A DNA stretch of 64,000 bases from Piromyces finnis finn (GCA_002104945.1 MCFH01000097.1:31046-95045), one strand, 5' to 3'; counted from the stretch's first letter, positions 23,801 through 36,160 are shown. Numbers and translations: made by a program. Notes: generated from the letters alone by a model not told the origin.

Positions 23801-25599
23801 AGTTTACCATCTATACTGATCATAAGAATTTGACGTTCCCTAGAAAGCCTGAAATGCTATCGCAACGACAAATAAGATGGTATGAGTTCCTATCTCGTTT
23901 TGACTTTAAGCTAATTTACAGAGCTGGTAAAAAGTCTGGAAAACCTGATTTATTATCAAGACATAGTGATCATTTATTTAATAATATTTCATGTAATAAA
24001 ATTTCTTGTAACGTAATTGATAATATTAATAAAAATGATAATACTTTGATTAATTCCATTTTATGCTCTCAAAAAAAAGATGTGTTTTACAATAAAATTT
24101 TTTCTTACTTTAATAATAACAATAAGTCCTCGTCCCCACCATGTAAAAACATTGATAAATATTTTATCGATGTTGATGGCTATTTGTTATTTAATAATTT
24201 AATTTATGTTCCACCTAATTTAAGAACTAGAATTTTAGAGTTGCATCATAACTCTATTTCCGCTGGCCATTTTGGTATTAATAAGACTACCGAATTAATT
24301 AGCAGAAATTTTTGGTGGCCAAAATATTATGATGATGTTAAAAAGTTTGTTAAGTCCTGTGTAACTTGTTGTAAAGCTAAAGTTCCAAGACATAGACCAT
24401 ATGGGTTGCTATCTCCTCTTCCTACTCCTGATAGAGCTTGGTCTGAATTATCTATGGACTTCATTGTTGAATTACCAAAGTCCAAAGATATGACTACCAT
24501 TATGGTCATTGTTGATAGACTAACCAAAATGGCTCATTTTATTCCCTTAAGGTGCCTTCCTACTGCATCTATTGCAGCTGATGTTTTTATCAACAATATC
24601 TTTCGGTTACATGGTTTCCCCGAATCAATTGTTTCTGACCGTGGTACTCAGTTTACTTCTGAATTTTGGAATCGTCTGTGTGATTTATTAAATATTAAAC
24701 TTAAGTTTTCCACTGCTAACCACCCACAGACTGATGATCAAACGGAGAGAGTGAACGGGATATTGGAACAATATCTCCGTTGTTTTATTAATGAAAAACA
24801 AAATAATTGGATTGATTTGCTTCCTTTTGCCGAATTTGCCTATAACAACACATTACAGCAATCGATCAATCAATCCCCATTTTATGCAAACTATGGTTTT
24901 AATCCCAAATTTAATATCGATATTCCTTCAGCTAATAAACCAAATAGAGCTGAACAAAGAATTTTAGATATAAATAAAAATATCAAACTTCTAAAGGAAA
25001 ATCTTGATCATGCAAAAGAAACTTATAAAAAATATGCTGATCAAAGAAGAATTGAATCACCAAAGTTTGAAGTTGGAATGAAAGTTTGGTTATTGAAAGG
25101 AATAAATACTTCAGGAAAAAACATTAAAAGAAAACTGTCTGATCAAATGCTAGGACCATTTAAAATTATTAAAAAAGTAAGTCCCCTAGCATTTGAATTG
25201 AAATTACCACACAATTTGCGTTGTCATCCTGTCTTTCATGTTTCGTTATTAGAACCGTATACTGAAAACAAATTTAAAGATAGGACAAATAATTATAATA
25301 GGAAAAATATCCAATTAAATATTGATACAAATGAAAAAATTCCAGAAAAAATTATTAAAGAAAGAACTTATAATAAAAAGAAATCATTTCTTGTTACTTA
25401 TAAATATCTTGATTCAAGTGAAAATCGATGGATTCCCGAGGATCAGATTTTAGATAGACAATTGATCCAAGAATTTTACAGAAGAAACAAAAAGCTAAGA
25501 AAAAATAAAGACAACGAATATATGGATAATTTAAACAACGACGGTATGATTCGAACAAAGTATAGACCATTTGTTATAGAAATTCCATCTAGAAAATGA
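20815..25599 (+). CDS. E3 Gag-Pol polyprotein with C-terminal chromodomain
   Basis: DPMDVD gag motif, degenerate knuckle LYFLCKKPGHLQFNC, LIDSGS, YIDD, ETDAS, HHCC, DDE, GPF, then IPEKII...FLVTYKYLDSSENRWIPEDQI. The ORF starts at GTG; the first ATG is at 20866. Confidence 0.96.
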   Translation: MEDLNKIFQNLTIKDVEMSENHSNLRKINSPPLFYGNRKDLEGFLTRVELTFEDEPDRFSDDSKKIRYIMSFFEDKALKWAIILRRERNPILNSLDDFIREMRSQFGDQDCETVVANGKLCTIKQKSYKNVYSYINEFKRISQYSNFNEAAKIYMFIQGLHYKMREHLAVVDSNHDDLNKLYSEVINIESLTKRINISEHYFKNNEGRGNKKDQDNDPMDVDLMRIKSGNKYTHHYADPKRDYYVKNNDSHEEEKKKGLYFLCKKPGHLQFNCPNKRKPMNVRTIQEKGSHSNDTASLNRIIKLDKFMDIATIHEIVKRENLSRKKNNILNFSIKSNEGDEVRARVLIDSGSDLNFIHPDFIKKHKIGTRKVKESIRVTGLGCDVAVVESETEKCILRYRNHLEVIKLYALRIPDVDIILGIPWIDKHSPQNYHDASKIRFNSDYCSRHCNNGKRKHKSKKKKSNKKNNSIQETKIMTNPQIHKRKLSEVTEDADEDFEYVRGRRSRICTIIDNNSDNDDFYHYRNFNKNLNCNNCNSISDSFSIGNNYKKSFNSICSNNNCKCNNCLKCINCINMKKLNVINENNLNKDKKLVSVPKQYLIYKEVFNENNCNMLPPHREYDCEIKLKDNSNLFYGPLYPLTEAERDELKNYIKENLEKGFIRKSTSPAGAPVLFVKKKDGSLRLCVDYRKLNDMTIRNSYPLPLISDLLDRVKGAKYFTKLDLRSAYNLVRIKEGDEFKTAFRTRYGHFEYLVMPFGLKNAPATFQHFINDVLSEYLDDFVISYIDDILIFSNSLEEHHVHVKKVLKKLLDNNLFVKLEKCEFDVPETTFLGYVLSREGLRMDSNKVKAILDWPVPTSVKEVQFFIGLCNYYRIFIKDFARIANPLHKLTRKNVPFTWSSEHQKAFDTLKELFTSAPILINPDSNKPFIVETDASNFAVGAILSQEFEGQLHPVAFISSSLTKSQRNYQIYDKELLAIKVALEEWRHYLEGARHQFTIYTDHKNLTFPRKPEMLSQRQIRWYEFLSRFDFKLIYRAGKKSGKPDLLSRHSDHLFNNISCNKISCNVIDNINKNDNTLINSILCSQKKDVFYNKIFSYFNNNNKSSSPPCKNIDKYFIDVDGYLLFNNLIYVPPNLRTRILELHHNSISAGHFGINKTTELISRNFWWPKYYDDVKKFVKSCVTCCKAKVPRHRPYGLLSPLPTPDRAWSELSMDFIVELPKSKDMTTIMVIVDRLTKMAHFIPLRCLPTASIAADVFINNIFRLHGFPESIVSDRGTQFTSEFWNRLCDLLNIKLKFSTANHPQTDDQTERVNGILEQYLRCFINEKQNNWIDLLPFAEFAYNNTLQQSINQSPFYANYGFNPKFNIDIPSANKPNRAEQRILDINKNIKLLKENLDHAKETYKKYADQRRIESPKFEVGMKVWLLKGINTSGKNIKRKLSDQMLGPFKIIKKVSPLAFELKLPHNLRCHPVFHVSLLEPYTENKFKDRTNNYNRKNIQLNIDTNEKIPEKIIKERTYNKKKSFLVTYKYLDSSENRWIPEDQILDRQLIQEFYRRNKKLRKNKDNEYMDNLNNDGMIRTKYRPFVIEIPSRK

Positions 25600-25630
25600 T
25601 CTCACAGGAGCTCGACTTAAAGGGCGAGAT

Positions 25631-26383
25631 TGTAAAGATATAATATATATCTTTAGATTATTTAATAATTAACTATTAATTATTAAATAATAAATTAATA
25701 TTTATTAAAATTAACTATGAAGTTTTTAATATTCAATGGAATAATTTAATAATAAATTATTTTATAATAATTCCGTCAAAATTAAATAAAGATAAATATT
25801 TAAATTTAAGGAACAAAAGAATCCTAATTAAATTTAAATATTTCAAATATTTTAAATATTCATAATAACTTTAAATACTTTTTATTTAATTTTAGAATAG
25901 TTTAATAATAATATACTTTCTTATTTAAATTTAGAATAGTTTAATAATTTTAACTGAGTTTTAAAAATAGATGTGTTTATATTTCAATAGGAAATATATT
26001 AAGAATAGTATTGATAATATTAAATTAATTTATAGATAATACCTGAGCTTTATTCAATTTTGAGTTTACTCAAATTAAATTAAAAGTATAATGAATTAGT
26101 TTTAGTTTAGTTTTATTATTTTATTATTTAATTAGATTAGTTTTGTTTATTTTATATTAAATATATGTTTATTTAAATAGAATAATATATTAGAATATAA
26201 TTATGAAAAAATATAAATACATGTAAATTTTATCAATTGAATCGATGTAATTGTTATTTTATTTCTAACCATTAATAAAGAAGATAATTTTTTAAAAAAA
26301 AAGAAACTCCTATTTTTATTTTATCGTGTGTTTAATTGTTTTATTGTTAAATATATAATCTGTTTTAAGATTAATATTTTACA
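25631..26383 (+). repeat. E3 3' LTR
   Basis: Preceded by PPT AAAGGGCGAGAT. Confidence 0.96.
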
Positions 26384-27138
26384 TCATTATTGTAGTTATT
26401 ATTTTGAATATTACTATTATAATTATTATTTCTGTAGTTATTAGTATAATTTCTATTATTATAATTTTTAAAACTATTTTGAGTAGTGTTATTGTTATTC
26501 ATTCGGTTATAACTATTAAAATTATTTGAATATGCTCTATCATTATTTCTTTGAGCATTATTATCATTTGGAGACCTTCTAGAATTAATGGAAGTTCTTA
26601 TTTTTGGTCTATTTTCTTCAACTATATTGAAAATTTTCTCTTTCTTAATAGTAATGTTTCTGGCTTCTTCTAAACTTTTTGGTTCAGCTTCTAAAAGTGC
26701 TTCGTAAGTTTTAGTAAGGTTTCTAAAAGCATTAATATAGTAGGACAATATGATTTCATTTGACATTTTTAAGTTTGTTTTATTTATTAAAGAGTCAAAT
26801 TTAATATTGAATTCAGATACACTTTCATTTTTCTTTATTGTAGTAGTAGACAATTCTAATAATCTAGAATTCTTTGGTACTGAACCTTTAAAATGACTTT
26901 TAAGGTTTTTGATGATGGTATTATAATCATCTGGTGTTTCTTTATTTAATGCATTAACTACAATTGTTCTAGCTGTACCTGTAGTTAATGATATAAGGTA
27001 TTCTAACTTTTCTTGTTCTGGTGCCTTATATAAATTACACCAATGTTTGAAAGAAAATTCCCAATCATCAAATTCAACCTTTGTTGAACCCAAAATAGGT
27101 ATTCTATTAAAGGTAATACCTTTAGTAGTATTATCCAT
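26384..27138 (-). CDS. gag: E2 gag 5' part, interrupted by E3
   Basis: The ORF-track 26371..27138 ORF runs into the E3 LTR (VKY stop is LTR-derived); capsid-like helical region then Asn-rich region. Confidence 0.88.
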
Positions 27139-28476
27139 TATTACTTTTTATTTTTATTTTATTTAATTTTATTTTAATATTTTATTTAAAAACTCAATTT
27201 TTATTTATTCTCAATAATTTAGTTATAAGAACAATAATATGTTTTTATTTACAACAATCTTTATTTACAATAATTTAGTTATAAGTACAGTAATATGTTT
27301 TTATTTACAATAGTCTTTATTTACAATAATATAATTTTATTTACAGGTATTTTATTTATTACTGTTATTAATAAAATATAATCTTATATAACGTTTATAT
27401 AATGTAATATAAAAGGAGTAATTGGTTGTTGTTTGTAAACACTTGTAGACACTTGCTTTAGTTTTATTGTAATTAAGAAGATTTTATTTTTTTTGAGAAA
27501 ATGTTAAGAATATATTTTATTTATATTAAGTTATTTATATATTAGTATTGTTAAAAAAAATATTTAATTTAGAGTAGGATGTTTATTTTTATTTCTTTAT
27601 TATAAAGCAGAAAATAATATTGATTATGTTATTATAGTACCTTCAGAGTACCCGACAGTTTCGTCACCGTGCCTTTCGACCTCCACTAACTAACCGTCAT
27701 AAATATTAAGTGGTGTAATATTTACTTATTAGTTAGCGCTCTACTCCCCCACGATATGTGATAAAACTGCACTCTTACTAACTTACTATAAAACACTTTA
27801 ATTATCTTAGTAATTAATTAACCGAAAAGATAAACAAAAGTTATTTTTCGCTGAAAATTAACTAAAAAGACAACTCAATATTATTGCTTTTATTATTTAA
27901 AATTTATAACAATACTTTTAATTTTATTTGACCGATGATTATATTTTATAATTAAATAATTTTTATCTTTAATTTATAAATTATAATTATTAATTTATAA
28001 TTATAATTTATGTATTTCTTTTTCTTTTTTTTAAAAAAAATAATTAAATATAAAACTTTATTTACAGGATTTATTTTTCGCTTTTTAGTGCCTTACAACA
28101 ATTTAATTAACCGGCAAAAGCTACTAACTAGAGGTGATATACTAGACCTCAAAATAAATTTAAACTATATATTTTTATGTCGCTTTACCTTCACGACAAA
28201 CCTTTAGCCTTCGGTGACTAAAGTTCCTTATTCGCCAGAGTTCACAAAAGTATTCAACTTGAGAGTCCTGTATTGCGTGCTTTTTATCACACTAACAATC
28301 CCTTCCCCCAAGTAAGCGTGCTATTCACACTCGTCCTACTTTTACAAATACTTCAGTGATTAACAGCTATAGTTTCTAACCAACTGAAACTAGTTAATTA
28401 TACACTGAAACTCTGTATATGAGCTCTATACGTTCCTAGTATATTTTTACAAGTATTTTTATTTATAAAGTTTTAT

Positions 28477-28519
<43 letters not shown>

Positions 28520-29107
28520 GTTTGTTTGGTGTATATATATTTTTTATATATATATACTTAAATCTTTATTTATTATTATTTTGATTTATTTTTATTATAT
28601 ATTTATTTTTATGTATATATATCTAATGTATATATACCTATTTTATTATTATAATTAATTCTCTCAACTATCTTATTTATAATATTGTCAATCTATTTAT
28701 CTAATAATTTTTCTATACTATTTTTTTTTTTTTTTTTTTTTTTTAATTCTTTTCTTATTTAAAATATCTATATATTTTATCTAATATATAATGTTTATAT
28801 ATCAATTTACTATATTAATACTATACTATTAAGTATTATAATTTATTTATTTTATTTTAATATTGATTTAATAATATTTAAATAATATTTCAATATTGAA
28901 TATTGATTTATTATTTTAATATTATTTTATTATTTAATAAGTTATAATTTCTAAATAGATAAAATATTGAGAATATTTAACTATTCTGTTAACTATCTAT
29001 TCTATACTATTATAACTTGATTATTTAATTAATTTCATAGAATATTTTACTATTCTATATGAAATTTTTATATAAAGAAAATTTTATATATTTACCTTAT
29101 TTTGATT

Positions 29108-29125
29108 CTCCGGTTCGAAGGACCA
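29108..29125 (-). promoter_or_regulatory. E2 primer-binding site, probably tRNA-Tyr
   Basis: TGGTCCTTCGAACCGGA lies 1 nt from the 5' LTR and resembles the complement of tRNA-Tyr with a CCTTCGA acceptor stem (as in metazoan Tyr); no Tyr gene in the window to confirm. Confidence 0.65.
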
Positions 29126-29126
29126 T

Positions 29127-29938
29127 TGATATAATTTGATAATAATCTTAATTTTGAATTTTACTTCAAAAAGTGATTATTATATTATATCTTTTGTTAT
29201 AACTATATAAGTTATATTGATTAAGATTTAAAATCGTTTTTATAAAAATTAATAAAATTGTTTTGTTAAAACACTAAATGGTTTTATTAGAAACACTTGT
29301 TTTTCTAATATTTAAATATTTAAAATTTTTATTTATTTAAGTATAAAAGTGATTATTAAAATTATAAAATATTAATCTAACTATATAATATTTCTTTATT
29401 AATAATAATAATAATGATTAAAATAAGAATATTTACATGTATTTATATTTTCTTTTAAATTTAAACTATTTACATTAAAACAATAAAATTAATAACTATT
29501 TACAATAAAAATAATAAAAGTAATTAGAAATAACAATAAAAGAAATAATTAAAAGTTAAAGAATATAAAAAGTTGTTTATTTTACAATTAATTAAAGTAA
29601 TAATTATTTTTAATGTTTTAATAAAGGTGTTTAATTATATTATTTTATAACATGAATTATTATATTTGTTTACTTTTAAAGTGTAATTTACTAACGAAGT
29701 TATTAAATATTTAATTTAACAATTAATTTAACAAAAGTTATATATTTTGATCTCGATTAATTAAAGTTTATTATTTTCTTTCAATAATCAAAATATATGC
29801 AGTGTTTAGGATTAATTTTATTTAAGAATTTTGGTAAAGTACTTAATTAAACTATAACTTGTTTTAAGTTACTTTTATGGTTAACTTAAAAATCAGGTTT
29901 AATAATAATTTTATATTTATTAATTTCATTATTTATTA
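29127..29938 (-). repeat. E2 5' LTR (LTR-2)
   Basis: 812 bp; terminal CA has become TA on the plus strand. Confidence 0.93.
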
Positions 29939-29941
29939 ATG

Positions 29942-30532
29942 TGATAAGTGTTTAATATTATCTTTATTTATAATTAAATAATTATAAAAGTGATAATATT
30001 CTTATCAATTTATATAAAAAAAAAGATTTAAAATAAATTTTTATTATAAAGTTATTTGAAATATTTTAATTCGACATAACGATTATTAACAAAATATAAA
30101 AGTTATGTTTTAAAAACACAATTTTAAAATATATTTTTGAATCAACTCTTTATTTAATACATTTATTAAAAGTATTGATTGATTTTTAAATTAGGAAATA
30201 ATTACATGTATTTATAATTTTCTTTCTGTTTTAACTTTTTAAAATAAAATATTAATGTTTTAAAATAATAATGAATAATAAATAAAAGAAACAATTTATT
30301 TTAAAGTAATTAATTTAATTAATATAACACTATTTTACTATTTAAAATGTTATTTATACTATGTTTATTTTATAACAAAAATATAATTTAAACTGAGTTT
30401 TAATAAATAATTTTTATACTTTTAATTAAACATTTAAATATTATTATTATTTATTACTTATTTTTAAGTTGTTTTGAGGGTTAGTTTATATCAAGATTAT
30501 AATTTCATATTTATTAATTTCATTATTTATCA
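29942..30532 (-). mobile_element. Diverged LTR-2-related LTR
   Basis: Starts TGATAAG and ends with the LTR-2 terminus ATTTATTAATTTCATTATTTATCA; interior is diverged. Confidence 0.6.
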
Positions 30533-30534
30533 TA

Positions 30535-31365
30535 TGTAATAATTATTATATATTTAATAATAATTATTATCTACAATATAATAATACAAATCGTAATATG
30601 TATTATTAAATTGAGAAGTTTCTTAATAGTAAATAAAAATGAATACTTATCTTAAAGAGTTTATTATAAGTGAATTATAATAACAAACACAAAATATTAA
30701 GACTATCTTTAATGTAAATATTTTTTATGAATATAGTTTTTGAAAGGGTTATTTATTATAATTGTCTTAAAATAATAACTCTGGATTCTTTAGTGGAATT
30801 CCAGAGTCCTTATATTTATAATTTTTTGATAATTTAAAGTTTAATAAAGGATTTCTAATCTTAACAAATAATCTTTTTAGGAAAAGACTAGAAGAAAAAC
30901 CTAAAAAGATATTCGATTGATAACTAATATATCAATCATCGTAATATTAAGTAAAACCGATTAAAATTCGGAAAAACCTTAATATCCGATTGTCCTAATA
31001 TGTATTTATATTTTCTAATTGTTTCTATAAGTTATTTCAAGATACGATACATAAATATAAAATACAAACGTAAAATAAAATATATAATGTTTCTTATAAA
31101 ATGTAATACAAAAATTATTAATTAAAAAATAAATGAATGTTTACTATTATTTTAAATATATTACTAAATTAAATAAATAAATAATTAATATAGTAATTAA
31201 ATAAATTTTAAATTAAGTAAATGAATAATTAATATCAATATAGATAAATGTTTATAGTAATTTAAATGAATGTATGCTAATAGTTTAAATAAATAATTAA
31301 TTTAATAATTAAAAAATAATTAAATAAGAATTAATTTATACAAAAAATAATTATTAATTCTTACA
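30535..31365 (-). mobile_element. Solo LTR family C (E4-related), TSD TCATA, 17 nt upstream of tRNA-Gly
   Basis: TGTAAT...TTCTTACA; shares TTAGGAAAAGACTAGAAGAAAAACCTAAA with the E4 LTR; TCATA at 30530-30534 and 31366-31370. Confidence 0.88.
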
Positions 31366-31382
31366 TCATATTAACATATGAG

Positions 31383-31453
31383 GCGTTAATAGTATAGAGG
31401 TAGAATATTTGCCTTCCAAGCAAATGGCCCGGGTTCGATTCCCGGTTAACGCA
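31383..31453 (+). tRNA. tRNA-Gly(TCC)
   Basis: Acceptor GCGTTAA/TTAACGC, anticodon arm TTTGC-CTTCCAA-GCAAA, GGTTCGATTCC, downstream T-run. Confidence 0.96.
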
Positions 31454-31536
31454 TAAATATTTTTTAAAAAATTCAAATTCCTATTGGATAGTTTTTTTTT
31501 TTTTTTTTTGTAAATCATAATTAATTTTGCATAATA

Positions 31537-31917
31537 GACTCACCTCCAATTCTCCTTAAGGATAATATTTCAAAACTTTCTAGTGACTGGGATTCTCATT
31601 TTGATGGTTTAAAAGCCCACTTAGTCAAAGCTAAAGAAGATTTCAAGAAATTCGGTAATCCAAAAAAATCTACTGGTTCTGACTTTAAAGTGAATGACAT
31701 GGTTTAACTAAAGAGATACTATTTTTCCAATGAACCTTCTAAAAAATTATCTTCACAATATTTAGGGCTATTTAAAATCATTGAGAAGAGGGAAAGAATG
31801 AATAACCACCTGGAGTTGCCAGAAAACTTACACCTTCAACCTATATTTCATATCTCACAATTAGAACCATGTGTAAAAAGGAATCCTGAACTTAAAGAAT
31901 CATTTGAAGAGGAGCAA
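31537..31917 (+). pseudogene. E4-family integrase C-terminal fragment with an internal stop
   Basis: Translates DSPPILLKDN...KAKEDFKKFG...KRYYFSNEPSKKLSSQYLG, matching the E4 pol end; followed by GAGGAGCAA PPT and an LTR start at 31918. Confidence 0.85.
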
Positions 31918-32320
31918 TGTAAGAATTAATATTAAATTACTTAATATTCATTCTTAGTTATATTATGTAATTAAACATTATATAAAAATTTATTGAATTT
32001 ATTTAATATATATTTATTTATTCATTAATATAATATAGTAAGTTTACTTAATGCATTAACTACTTATTCATTTAATTACATTATAAATATTTATTTAAAA
32101 TATATTTATTCATTCATTTAAATAATATAGTAAATTTATTTAATACATTGGTTTTACGTATATTTAGTTTAATTAATAGTATTTATTTAGAGATTAATAA
32201 TCCATTTCCATTTATTTATTTATTAGTAAAATTATTATACAAAAATTTCACAAATTATAAATTATGTAACATTTTATTTTATTTTATTTTATTTTATTTT
32301 ATTTTATTTTATTTTATTTT
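31918..32320 (+). mobile_element. Truncated LTR family C ending in (TTTTA)n
   Basis: TGTAAGAATT start, same as 57181. Confidence 0.75.
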
Positions 32321-32326
32321 ATAAAG

Positions 32327-32474
<148 letters not shown>

Positions 32475-33171
32475 GGTCATAATGCTCTAACCCTACTTAT
32501 TAATAACATTATTTTAAACACAAATAAATAATTAAATTAGTACTAAAGTATTTATATAAATTATTAATTTTAAAATTATAAATGTAAACAAGAAACTACT
32601 ATGTATTTATATAAATTATTAATTTTAAAATTATAAATGTAAACAAGAAACTACTTATTTATTTATTAATTAATTAAATAGCTAATTAATTGTTTATTAA
32701 TATAATACTTTAAAATAATATAAATGTATAAATAGTGTTAGAATTACTTTATTTTAAAAATTGTTCCTAATAATCCGTCAAAATTAGATATATTATATTA
32801 AATTTATTAAATGGTTCCTAATAATCCAGTAAAATTAGATATATAATTTATATAAAATAATATTTGTAATTATAATAATACACATACGAGATGTATTGAA
32901 TAATAATAATATATATATATATTTAATAATACAAGAGTTATTAAATATTAAAACTTTATAATTAAATAAAATAAATTTATATTTTTAACTAACAAGGACT
33001 TGCAAATGAACAAATAAAATAAATTTATATTTTAAATTAACAAAGATTTTCAAATGAACAAGTATAAAAATCATTTATTTTTTTTTTTTTATTTCTATTT
33101 ATTAAATTTTAGATACAGATTGTCACTTTCTATATTCATTTATAGAATTAAGGTAATATCATACCATAACA
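32475..33171 (+). mobile_element. LTR family D, partial
   Basis: Near-identical to 62114-62754 apart from a short internal tandem duplication. Confidence 0.75.
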
Positions 33172-33184
33172 AAATTAATAGTAG

Positions 33185-34222
33185 TGTAGTAATTATATTG
33201 TAATGTATATAATAAATAGTACAATATAATTACTTATTGATAACTCAATATTAAAATTTAATATTAAATTATATGTATATAGAAAGAAAAAAATAATAAA
33301 AAATTAAATATAGAATTAAGATTAGAACTTAGCGAGTTTATTATAAGGATTTATAATAAACAACAAAAACACAAATGGGAAGGAGGATAAGAGTGAGATG
33401 TATTAAAATTATGTTTTAATAATATGTTTTTTATTAAAATAGAATTATTTGTTATTTATTATAATTAATTTTTCTTATAATAATAACTCTTGAATTTCTA
33501 AAGAATTTCAAGAGTGTCTTATTTATATTTTTATTAGAAATTAAGGTTAAATAAATGGGTTCTAATCTTAACAAATTAAATGTTTAGGAAAAGACTAGAA
33601 GAAAAACCTAAACAAGTTTTCGACCAATATTCTAATCATATTAGTCATCGTGTAAATTTTAAGTAAAACCAATTATAATAATCGGGAAAACCTTAAAATA
33701 CCGATTTCCTAAAGTAAATCCGTGTTTAGATATAATATGTAAATTAATTAGTAATACACAATTAAATTACAGGATTCTTATATATAAATATTATTTAAAA
33801 ATCAAATGTATAAAATATTATTTAACTAAATAAATTAAATAAATAAATTAAGTGTATAAAATATTATTTAACTAAATAAATTAAATAAATAAATTAAGTG
33901 CATAAAATATTATTTAACTAAATAAATTAAATAAATAAATTAAGTGCATAAAATATTATTTAACTAAATAAATTAAATAAATAAATTAAGTGCATAAAAT
34001 ATTATTTAACTAAATAAATTAAATAAATAAATTAAGTGCATAAAATATTATTTAACTAAATAAATTAAATAAATAAATTAAGTGTATAAATTATTATTTA
34101 ACTAAATAAATTAAATAAATAAATTAAGTGTATAGAATATTATGTAACTAAATAAATAAATAAATTATTAAACTAATAAGAAATATTAATTATTTAGATT
34201 GAAATAATTATTATTTCTTACA
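33185..34222 (-). mobile_element. LTR family C, 17 nt upstream of tRNA-iMet, flanks not matching
   Basis: TGTAGTAATT...TTTCTTACA like the E4 LTR; left flank AGTAG versus right flank TTGAC. Confidence 0.85.
33807..34160. repeat. 46-bp tandem repeat (~7.5 copies) inside LTR-C
   Basis: AAGTG recurs at 33854, 33900, 33946, 33992, 34038, 34084 and 34130. Confidence 0.92.
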
Positions 34223-34239
34223 TTGACAAAGCAGTTAAG

Positions 34240-34311
34240 AGCAGCGTAGCGCAGTGGAAGCGTGGTGGGCTCATAACCCACAGGTCGTATGATCGAAACA
34301 TACCGCTGCTA
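34240..34311 (+). tRNA. Initiator tRNA-Met(CAT)
   Basis: A1:T72, GGG/CCC anticodon stem, GATCGAAA T-loop. Confidence 0.96.
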
Positions 34312-36070
34312 TACATTTTTAATATTTTGAAATACTATTTGGAGGTGGAGAAAAAAAAAAAAAAAATAATATTAACTTAGTATATAAAATCAAGAAGATT
34401 GATTATGTTATAACTTATGCAATTTAAACATATTTTTGTGAAATTTTACATAAAATATTTTATTAATAAATATTAATGAATATGATTTAAATGATTTAAA
34501 TTTAAAAGGAAATCAATTACTAAAATAAGTGGTTAGTATATTAGTATATTATAAAAAAAAAAAAAAAAAAACTATAAATATATAAAACTTGTTTTATTTT
34601 TTAATATTATGCAAACTTAAAATAATTATTTCTATTTTTATTTCCAGATAGTGATGTATTTATTAGATCATTTTTAGTTTTATTTTTACAATTAGCTTTT
34701 ATAAATACTTGGTTTATTATAATAAATATTATTCTTAATAAATTTATATATTCTTATTTGAATACTTTATATATATTAATAAATCAATCAATAAAAATGA
34801 GTTAATGCTTATTTTTTTTTTAAAAAAAATCAAAATAAGTATAGTTAACAGAAAGCTTAATATTTTTCACTTCTTAGTATGAAATAAATTTATTAAACAT
34901 TACTTTATTTTATTTTATTTTATTTTATTTTATTTTATTTTATTTTATTTTATTTTATTTTATTTTATTTTTATAAGATGAAATTTAAAATTTGAGATAT
35001 TTCTTTAAATAACTTTTGTAATTACTAAAAATCTAATATTAAATACTAAAAATTTATATTATATTAATTCTACTAAAAGAATAAAAGGATTTTTTAAAAG
35101 TATCATTATATTATTTACAAATAATAAATATTTTTTTATTATTTTTAAGAATATTCAATCTTATAAAGTCTTTTTAAAGTTATATGTTAAATATATAATA
35201 TTTTCAAGCAAATCTTTTTGGTAATAAAAAAGTTTTAAACATGTATTCAAACTTTAATAAAATTAGCATTTTAAAAACTTTATTATATGCTATGAAACAT
35301 ATCTTGTAATCATTAAAAAGATATATTATATTAGCTATGCTTTTATAATAAAATACAATTAAGATGATATAAGTATAAAGATAATAAAAGTTCATAAAGT
35401 TAATCAAAATCAAATCTAAAGCTATTATGTAAATAAAATATAAAATTTTTAATTAGTGAAAATTTATAGATTATAATAATTATTTATTAATTTGTAAGCA
35501 AATATTTGAAAAATTTAAAATATATAGAGTATTTTTATAGTATTATTCCAGTTGTTATGTTTAGTAATAAATTATGAAATATTAAATATTAATAATCTAT
35601 ATATAAAATCATTAAAAATCAAAATTCAATTTATACTAATTGAAAAAAAAATATTAAAATATTATTTAAACATTTATCAAGAATTTTATATATTTTATAT
35701 ATATTAATATATATTAATAATAATAATAATAATCATAATAATAATAATCATAATAATAATAATCATAATCATAATAATAATAATAATAATAATAATCATA
35801 ATAATAATAATAATAATCATAATCATAATAATAATAGTTGTTGTTGTAGTTATGATAAAATTTAAATTCTAATAAGTATACTTATTTATTTAAATAGTAT
35901 ATAAATAAATAAATAAATTTAGAAATATTTTAAATTAAAATTATTAAATAAAAGTATAAAGAAAAAAAAAAAAAAATTCAGCTTGGGATGTATGTCAGCT
36001 TTAAATATTATCCTTATGCAATTTTTAAAATTCATATCAAAATATATTTCATTAAAATAATATTTATCAT

Positions 36071-36143
36071 TACCCAAACCCGGGTTCGAACCGGGGACCT
36101 TTTCCGTGTAAAGGAAACGTGATAACCACTACACTATTTGGAT
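36071..36143 (-). tRNA. tRNA-Val(TAC)
   Basis: Anticodon arm TTTCC-TTTACAC-GGAAA; T arm CCCGG-TTCGAAC-CCGGG. Confidence 0.93.
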
Positions 36144-36160
36144 ATTGACTGTTTATTATA

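Larger units (their letters stand above)
19495..26383 (+). mobile_element. E3: chromodomain Tf1/sushi-like Ty3/gypsy element nested in E2 gag, 5-bp TSD TCATT
   Basis: 753-bp LTRs with no difference seen by eye; TCATT at 19490-19494 and 26384-26388; single gag-pol ORF. Confidence 0.97.
13985..29938 (-). mobile_element. E2: Ty3/gypsy element (~8.4 kb after removing nested insertions), 4-bp TSD ATGT
   Basis: 812-bp LTRs; ATGT at 13981-13984 and 29939-29942; gag split by E3; pol ORF intact. Confidence 0.95.

Noticed and set aside
27139-29107. Hammerhead ribozyme in retroelement UTRs
   Set aside because: I found no CTGATGA...GAAA core outside pol coding sequence by eye; an Infernal/Rfam scan would be needed to exclude variants.
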